Made by a program: the position numbers and the translations under genes. From assembly GCA_027923505.1 (NCBI GenBank), contig BROI01000004.1, positions 496,001-560,000 of the forward strand: a stretch of DNA of 64,000 nucleotides. The letters run 5' to 3'. This stretch comes from Mayamaea pseudoterrestris (taxonomy: Eukaryota). The notes under the pieces were generated by a model. That model did no database searches, had not been told where the DNA came from, and saw only the letters and a program-made list of their open reading frames with translations. Below are positions 57,051 through 64,000 of this stretch, in pieces; position 1 is the first letter of the stretch; each line of letters begins with the position of its first letter.

Positions 57051-59953
57051 TCATTCCTGCTCGCCGGAAAGGGACGACATTGCACTACGAGGCGTCGAGT
57101 CGGGACTCGCAATCTCATCCATATCGTTCAGTGAAGCATCATAAGCCTTGGGATACTGATCAACCTTGAGTGGCGCTGGGGAAAATGACGAAGGAGCACA
57201 GTCGTCCTGAGCGAAGGAGCGATCCAATGGGCTGTTATTGTACATTGATCGCTGTCTCATGCGCGAACTGCTTGCCGTCCGCACGGACTTGCCAAACTCG
57301 AACTGCCTGGTGGGGACTGGTGAACTTCGTTGATTCATTTTGGTCACGGCAGAGGTAGGTGTCAAGCGGCCGGTGACACGAGTGAATGTTGCTGTCGGCG
57401 TTCTTGGATCCTTGCCGCTGATTTCCTCCAAATCATGGAGAATGCGCTCGCTCTTCGTCACAGGATGATCATATGATTCAATTTTAACCGCTGTCGCGTT
57501 TTGATTCGAGACTGGTGAGCTGCTGTCGACAGTTCTGTTTGGAGAGGAAGGAAAGAAAAACTCTCTTTTGCGCATGTGTGATGCTGGCGAGAATGTGCCG
57601 TTAAGAAGGTCATGATTTGGTGGCGATATAGGCGGGCTTTTGTCCTTTTCCTCTGCCGATGTCGAGTTAAAACGACTCTTGGTGGACGCAATAGTCTCAA
57701 CTCCTGGTTGAAGGCTGTAGCTGCCGAAGGAACCTGTAAACGCGGCGGTATAATCCACACTCTGAGCTGTTCGCGATATGATTGGTTCTTGTCCGAGCAG
57801 CTGCGATTCTGAGTCGTCATTAATCACACTTTGAGCCAGTAGGGTCGCCAATGTTGGTGGGGGCTTCTCTGCGGTGCCAGGCTGAGATCGCAGCGAGGGA
57901 AATGAAACATCGCCGGCCGTCGACTGCGATTGCGTCTCAGAGTCATATAATGGCGCAAAGCCTTCCTTGTATTTCGCGCCTGGCGGCCCATTACCTCTTT
58001 TGGCACTCAACACTATTTTATGCGCTTCCCTTTCAGACGAATCGGACGATTGCGACTGATCTTCGTTGATAACGAAGTCGGGACCTGAATCGCAAGGCAA
58101 TGCGCTGTCGAAGCCGCGATATTCTTGCCATTCATGCTGGTACTTGCTAATGTATGCAAGGTACTCTTCATGTTCGTCGACTATCATGTTTTCTGCCACC
58201 TCATCTTCCTTTAAAATCTTTTGCTCCTGTATCGGTTGAGTCCACGCGGCGCGTAGCGAAATCATGACCAACAATGAAGCTCCAAGAATAAGGAACAACA
58301 AGAAGGCCGCGGCGGCTGCCTCCGTTGCGTCTGAGCAAATGGACTCTTCAACCACATGTGTATAGATCGGCCGGACTTTGCTGCAAGAAAGTGACTGAAT
58401 TGAGCTAGATAAAGCCGTGCTGATTATGGACAGAAGCTTGCCGAGGTCATTGCTTCCCTTCAGAAATTCGCTCACGCCATCGCCACCACACATGCTGATA
58501 AGGTCATCTCTAGCATTCGTGTCGATCTGTGAGAGTTTGCTATACATATACCTGATGAGCAAGTTGACATCTTCCTCTAGGTATTGAAGTATTTGATTTG
58601 GCTCTCCAGCTTGGCAGCCACCTGTGTATTTATCAATGAAATTGTAGAGCGTGCCGTTCGGACTGATGTCCGAGTATGCCAAAACTGCCCCAATCATATT
58701 CATAGGTGACCCAGTCTGCACTGAGCCATATAAGCAGCTATCACTTCCTATGGCATTTGTAATGGCCAACACGGCTGCCATTGCCCAGCTGCTAAGTGCG
58801 TATAGAATTAGAAATGGCAGCACACCGTTCGAAAGCCATCGCTGGATTGATCGATTGCTTTCGTCCTGCCAGGCGAGGAATACTCCGTAAAGAGCTATCC
58901 CAACGAAAATACTGAGGAAGAGGAGAACGCATGGGACCAACCACAGAAATTTGCTTGTTTCATTGTAATACGCGTCAACATTGTCCAGCAAGTAATCTGT
59001 TTCTGCAAGTGCACTTTGAACACCAGTGAGGTTGCTTGCCAGCCCATCATGGAGAAATTTGTACCTGTCGGCAACCAACGACACCGTATTTTGGAGATCG
59101 TCTAGAGTCTGTCCGGGAGGCAACCCTGGGCATTGCTGTGTAAAGTTGATGTTGAGATTTTCGGCAACACCCAGGGAAGCATTCGTCGCAATGGTCACTG
59201 CCGCAAGCGACGTTTTAACCTGTGCAACAATGTCCTGCGCCACTTGTAAGTATTCCCCTGTTTCCTCCGAAGTTTGGCGAAGTGGCGCAAACGAGAAGAT
59301 CAAGATCATTGGGACACAAAGCAACGCGATCATGCCGAACAAGAAGAAGCAAAATTGTGTCCGACGCTCGCGTCGACTCGGTTCGAGCACTATGGAATCG
59401 CCATCGTAAGAACTTCCGTCATCCACATCTGATTCTGAAGGTAGCGAAGAGTGCATAGACTCAGCACCACCTTCTTGAAGCGCCAAATCATGCGCTTTGG
59501 TCGATCCGACAACATGTTCAATTGTATCATCGTAGCTGCGCGATTGATTCGATTCCATATCCGTAGACTCGCCTTGCTGTTTCGCCAAGATATCACAATT
59601 GCGCTCAAATGCTTGTCCAGAGGCGCAGCCGACTCCTTCACCTTTGCACTTTAGAATTAGAATCACAAACAGCCAGATAGCGGCAAAACCGCCGACAAGA
59701 CATGCTAAGAAAATCAAACCAGCTTTGTAATCACTGGCCTCACTCGAGTACCCTGACGAGATGTATCGAGCAACGTCAAGACTATATTCTGCCCTTGGTC
59801 GAGTTAGGAGATGAGCAACAAAGTTGAACAGTGGCGGCTGCATTGAAAGAGATACTGTGAGTGCCGTCATGACGAGACCGTCACCGTCACACAGTTGTAG
59901 AACTGCCAGCTCTTTCGACTCACCGCTTCGTAAGCGTCTTCTGATCCAGCCAT
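57051..59953 (-). CDS. Tweety/prominin-like five-TM membrane protein with long Ser/Pro-rich tail; intron 59838..59923
   Basis: Five hydrophobic helices separated by two large helical, Cys-containing, N-glycosylation-rich loops. Short first exon MAGSEDAYEA with GTGAGT donor. Confidence 0.65.
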
Positions 59954-60403
59954 TGTCGAATATATTCAGCTAGGCCACACTGTTAATTTCGTTTTGTAGA
60001 GCTGATGGAGTAGCAAAGGGACGACAATCTTATCTGTCGCTTGGCACCTCTCCTTTGGTTCACGCCAAAAGCGCGATCACCGAACTGGCGATTTTGTGAG
60101 CATCTCCGGCTTAGCGATCGGCTCGCTCGCAGAAGAAGACTGGGTCGCAGTGTGAGCTAAAAAGTACCAGGCGTCGTGACGAGACGCGATGCTATGGTAT
60201 ATCCTTTCTTCTTCTACTATTGCTATGCAACACGAAACATACATATATATTGAGTTTAGTTGTCATAATCAATACTTCTTGCGTTGATCACACTTCGCAA
60301 CATAAGTCACTGACGAAGCGACCTTCTTTAGTGTCAAGCGGAACATAGAATGGTGAAGGCGAAAGGCATACGATAAAGCACAGTCGCAGCAGGAAAGACA
60401 TAG

Positions 60404-61672
60404 TTAGACGACGGCTTCATTGAGCGGAGCTGGCGTAGTATCATCCTCTTCCTTGACTTTGGTCTCCTCTTCGTCAGCAGGAGGAGCTCCAGGTGCACCA
60501 GGTGGAAACATGGGAAAGGGCATGCTGGGAAAGCCAGGAAACCCTGGAGGACCACCGCCATGCTGCATAAAGCCTTCGAAAAATTGACGGTACTGCTCCG
60601 GGTTTGGTCCAGCCATGGGTGGCATTTTGAATCCTGGAGGTGGTGGAGGGAAGGGGAACGGCGGGAAACCCATGCCTTGGGGTGGCATTGGAGGCATGTT
60701 TGGTGATGCCGCCGCTGCAGCGGCTTCTCCCTCGCCGCCCGGCATACCCATGAACATGCGCTGCTGGCGGAGATGCTCCTGTGCCGCCACGCGAGCTTCC
60801 TCGCGCTCGGTATCAAAGAGCAGCTTGCGCATCTCTGGAGCGCGTTGGCGCAACGCCTGGCTGGTCTTTTCGCTAAAGGGGGCAACAAGGACATGGCAAC
60901 GTGAGATATTGACAATCTTGTCAAAGCAATTCGCTTAACATATCCAATTAGTCGCTCTCCCCTTACCGTGCAGCGTCATCTCCAACTTCGAACCAAAGAG
61001 CCGACTTCTCATCCTTCTTCAAGAACTTGCCGCCACTAGCACGAATCTGGCGAACAATGTTGCGAGAAATGGAAGGCTTGTCGTTCTTGCGAGCCTTGAG
61101 GTAGGCGCGACGGTGAACGTTGATAAGATCGCGAAAGCGACGGTTGCCCGGATGAACGTTTGTGCCTGTCATGCATAGGTGATTACGATGTACGTGTGAG
61201 TGATGATGCTTCATTACCAGCGAATCTTTGCAAGAAAGCAGTCACTCTAACACTACTTACCTCCACCACGACCCGACAAGACATCTTGGTCCGTGAAGAA
61301 CGCTTGACCTTCCTTGGCTGCTGGGACAAGCTCCGCGTTGGCGCTCGCATCAGCCGCATCGCCAGCAAGAGCTTCGGCGATGAGAGCCGCATCAATAGTC
61401 TTGTTGCGCTTGGCCTCCTCGTCATCGGGAGCATCCTCTGGCTCTCCTTCGGCCTTGCGCTTGGCTCCAGCTGCAACTTCCTCCTTGATTTCCGTCGTTT
61501 CGGCCGCAGCAGCCACCTCTGTGGCTTCAATCGTCACTTCCGCACCTTCCTGCAGAGTTGTAGTAGTCGCCACAGTGACGGCGACAGCCGCAGCAACCGT
61601 TGTCTCCTCGGCAGCATCCTTCAATTCCTCCACCGCGGGTTCGTCCATCTTGTCCTTCTTTCCACGAGGCAT
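60404..61672 (-). CDS. DUF6824-domain protein; introns 61166..61260 and 60873..60966
   Basis: DVLSGRGG|GTNVHPGNRRFR..GGKFLK..WFEVGDDAAR|EKTSQALRQ; spliced length 359 aa; Pro/Met/Phe-rich tail. Confidence 0.9.
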
Positions 61673-61971
61673 GATCGAGTGAATGCTTTGATTAGACCGG
61701 TAGTCGAATGTTCGTAGGAGGTTGGTACCGTGTGAGACCCGTGTGAGAACCAGTGTGTTGTGATGCTGGTGCCGCAGCGAGCGAAAAAGCTTGCGATGAC
61801 CTTCGAATTTCTACGTGGAACCTGGTACTTTTTTCTACAGAGCAAATCGCAAAATGGAGGGCGAAAGTCTCCGCATCGGTTGATGCGACGGAATTAGCTC
61901 AAGTGGGGCGCCGGCGTTGGCACACACAATAGAGTGTCCTCGCTGGCGATGTCGTGTCGCATGTCAATGTT

Positions 61972-62747
61972 GTGATGACGTATTTGTGAACGGTGATGAG
62001 TCATCACACGAATGTTCGACTTCATGTCGTATCCTCTATCCCTAATGCGCCCCAATGCGCGACATTTTGCGTCGAAATGTCAGACTTCAAAAATCAACTC
62101 CGACACGAGCAGCCTCCATGTTGCATCCTTTGCTCCTACCATAACTTGACTAATAGATGGAATACAACCATGCTACTATGATTTATAGATAACCAAGGTC
62201 TTGAGGTACAAGCTAATCACAAAAGGTTTTGGTTTGGTCTTGTTTGGACCTGCTTGTGGCTGGTCAAACTTTGGCCATTTTCGTGTCGTGATTTTCGACT
62301 TCCACGGTGTCGTCGCGCGGACGAGCCGCTCGTCCGTCGTCGTGACGGCTCTTTGCCGCGTCAAGTGCCAACACTTCTTCACAAGAGTCCTTTCTACCAG
62401 CCAAATACTCTTTAGTTCTTTAAAGGAAGCATCATTTTACTTGGAAAAGTCAGTCTGCTGGTCATGATCCCGCTGGAGCTTCGGTTCAAAGGTTGTCGTC
62501 GTGTGGTGCGGCATGGTGCGCCTGCCGTGATGGCTCCTACACATTCCACTGCTAGAGTATACAAACTGTATCATTTTAAAGCAATAATCTATAGTCAAAT
62601 AATTCTACAGCATTTTTTCAGCAGTCAAGCAGCCGAGGTGTTGGTCCCGAGAGGCACGACGCGTGTTGATGCATCGGACGGCCGCGCCAAGTGACGATAA
62701 ATGGCGCTTGTGCTTAAATGACTCATTTTGACATTTATGACGTGGCA
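61972..62747. promoter_or_regulatory. Cluster of bZIP-type elements in a divergent promoter
   Basis: GTGATGAGTCATCAC (61993..62007), AAATGACTCATTT (62716..62728), TGACGT near 61976 and TGACGTGGCA near 62738. Confidence 0.4.
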
Positions 62748-62934
62748 AAGTTCGGTGACATGCGACACGACATGCAACATGAAATCGTCAGCGAGGACAC
62801 TCTAATGAACGGAAATGTGTGTCATTCAATCGCACCACGACTCAGGGGAAGGATCTTGCAGCTCCACCATGGCGTGATTTGGCGCATCGGACCGATGTGA
62901 AAGCATGACTTAGAATTCCTACTATCTGAATGCC

Positions 62935-64000
62935 ATGGTGAACAAGAAGAAATCAAAGGGCAACTCAATAACGCAGCAGGCTCGTCGATCTCAGCTTGAA
63001 CAGCGCAAGCAACAGGTCTTTCAGTCGGCGCCTCGCAAGCCTCATGTTCCAACCAAACTTGATCGCTACATGAATCCATTCCTAATTTCCATGATGCTGT
63101 TATACTTGACGGAAGAAGAGAGAGAAAATTTTGTTACGTTTGATCCTCGCTATGATCGACCGAAAGCAGCGACGAAACCAGGTCAGCAGGAGTCAGCTAA
63201 AGCAAAGAAAATAGGCGCGGCGAGCTCCGACGCAAAGGACAATAACAATGCTAACAAGGCCTTGACAACAAACGCTGATCAAAGCTCAGATGACACGGCG
63301 GGTAAATCGCCCGAAGAGGTTGCTGCAATGATTAGCAAGGCAATTAAACCTGTCTGTCCCTTTCAAAATGACACGACGAAGAAACTTAAAGCCAATCCAA
63401 GTGTTTCTGATCCATTGACGCTTCTAGCTCGCCTCAATACACGTCGACTTGTTCAGCGCATTCGTCACTACCAAAAGAACCATGATATAAAATATTCGTT
63501 TCCACCTCGATTAAATACTCATCAACTCGCGACGCTCGAATGGGAAGGTCTTCTCCAACAAGCACGAGAGAAGCATAAATCAAAAGACGTAGCAAGTAGT
63601 ATTGAAGCATCAGATAACAATCAACAACAGTTGCTGCGCAACATTCCGACTCCCTACGAAATGCTCATGTTTTCTCCTTGTCCGCGCGCCGTCACCGCCT
63701 TGGCATCCTATCCCCGGAGTGGCAACTCGCTCATGCGCAATTTGTTTGAACGCACGACGCTGCGCGTCACGGGCAGCGACATGCGCGGCGGCCTCACCAA
63801 GCATGACTTGGTCGGCGAAGCTGCTGTTGGCGCCAACATGGTGCAGTTCGTCAAGACGCACTTTCCGGAGCGGCGAGGGACACCTCCCTTTCGAGCCAGT
63901 CGCGTGGTTCTGTTGGTGCGAAATCCTTACGATGCGATTGAATCGTTCTTCAACTTGATGATGACAAACACGCATACGACGAGTCTTTCCGACGAACAGC
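62935..64000 (+). CDS. Sulfotransferase-domain protein (WSCD-type), 3'-partial; absent from the supplied ORF track
   Basis: Open frame from GCCATGG at 62935 to the window end; TALASYPRSGNSLMRNLFE (5'-PAPS loop), FVKTHFP and VLLVRNPYDAIES (3'-PAPS motif). Confidence 0.88.
   Translation, partial: MVNKKKSKGNSITQQARRSQLEQRKQQVFQSAPRKPHVPTKLDRYMNPFLISMMLLYLTEEERENFVTFDPRYDRPKAATKPGQQESAKAKKIGAASSDAKDNNNANKALTTNADQSSDDTAGKSPEEVAAMISKAIKPVCPFQNDTTKKLKANPSVSDPLTLLARLNTRRLVQRIRHYQKNHDIKYSFPPRLNTHQLATLEWEGLLQQAREKHKSKDVASSIEASDNNQQQLLRNIPTPYEMLMFSPCPRAVTALASYPRSGNSLMRNLFERTTLRVTGSDMRGGLTKHDLVGEAAVGANMVQFVKTHFPERRGTPPFRASRVVLLVRNPYDAIESFFNLMMTNTHTTSLSDEQ

Noticed and set aside
62176..62467. Small gene or hairpin (CGGACGAGC-C-GCTCGTCCG at 62318..62336)
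   Set aside because: Short ORFs without recognisable motifs or convincing splice structure; a single 9-bp inverted repeat can arise by chance.

Overview
Eukaryotic, gene-dense nuclear DNA with short GT-AG introns (about 75-165 nt). Bipartite plastid-targeting peptides, a mitochondrial HslU, DUF6824/DUF6816-type proteins and HA-domain proteins point to a diatom or similar ochrophyte (inference). About 32 protein genes are present, mostly housekeeping (SUV3, RPL15/RPL28, RPC5, HslU, RFC1, LSM5, Derlin, THOC3, NOP56, mS33, citrate carrier and others), plus one tRNA-Ser(AGA) and a CpG-depleted array of about 175-bp tandem units. Most notable: (1) two nearby paralogs built from HA, NUMOD1-like, CCCH zinc-finger and an unnamed AP2/integrase-like module; (2) a single-chain Translin-TRAX (C3PO-like) fusion with one inactive and one active half; (3) a prolyl 4-hydroxylase carrying a VHL-beta-like domain; (4) a ubiquitin protease broken by a frameshifting deletion; (5) a recurrent intergenic TACCGGTA palindrome and a bZIP-site cluster. 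All family calls come from motif recognition by eye, and no searches were run.
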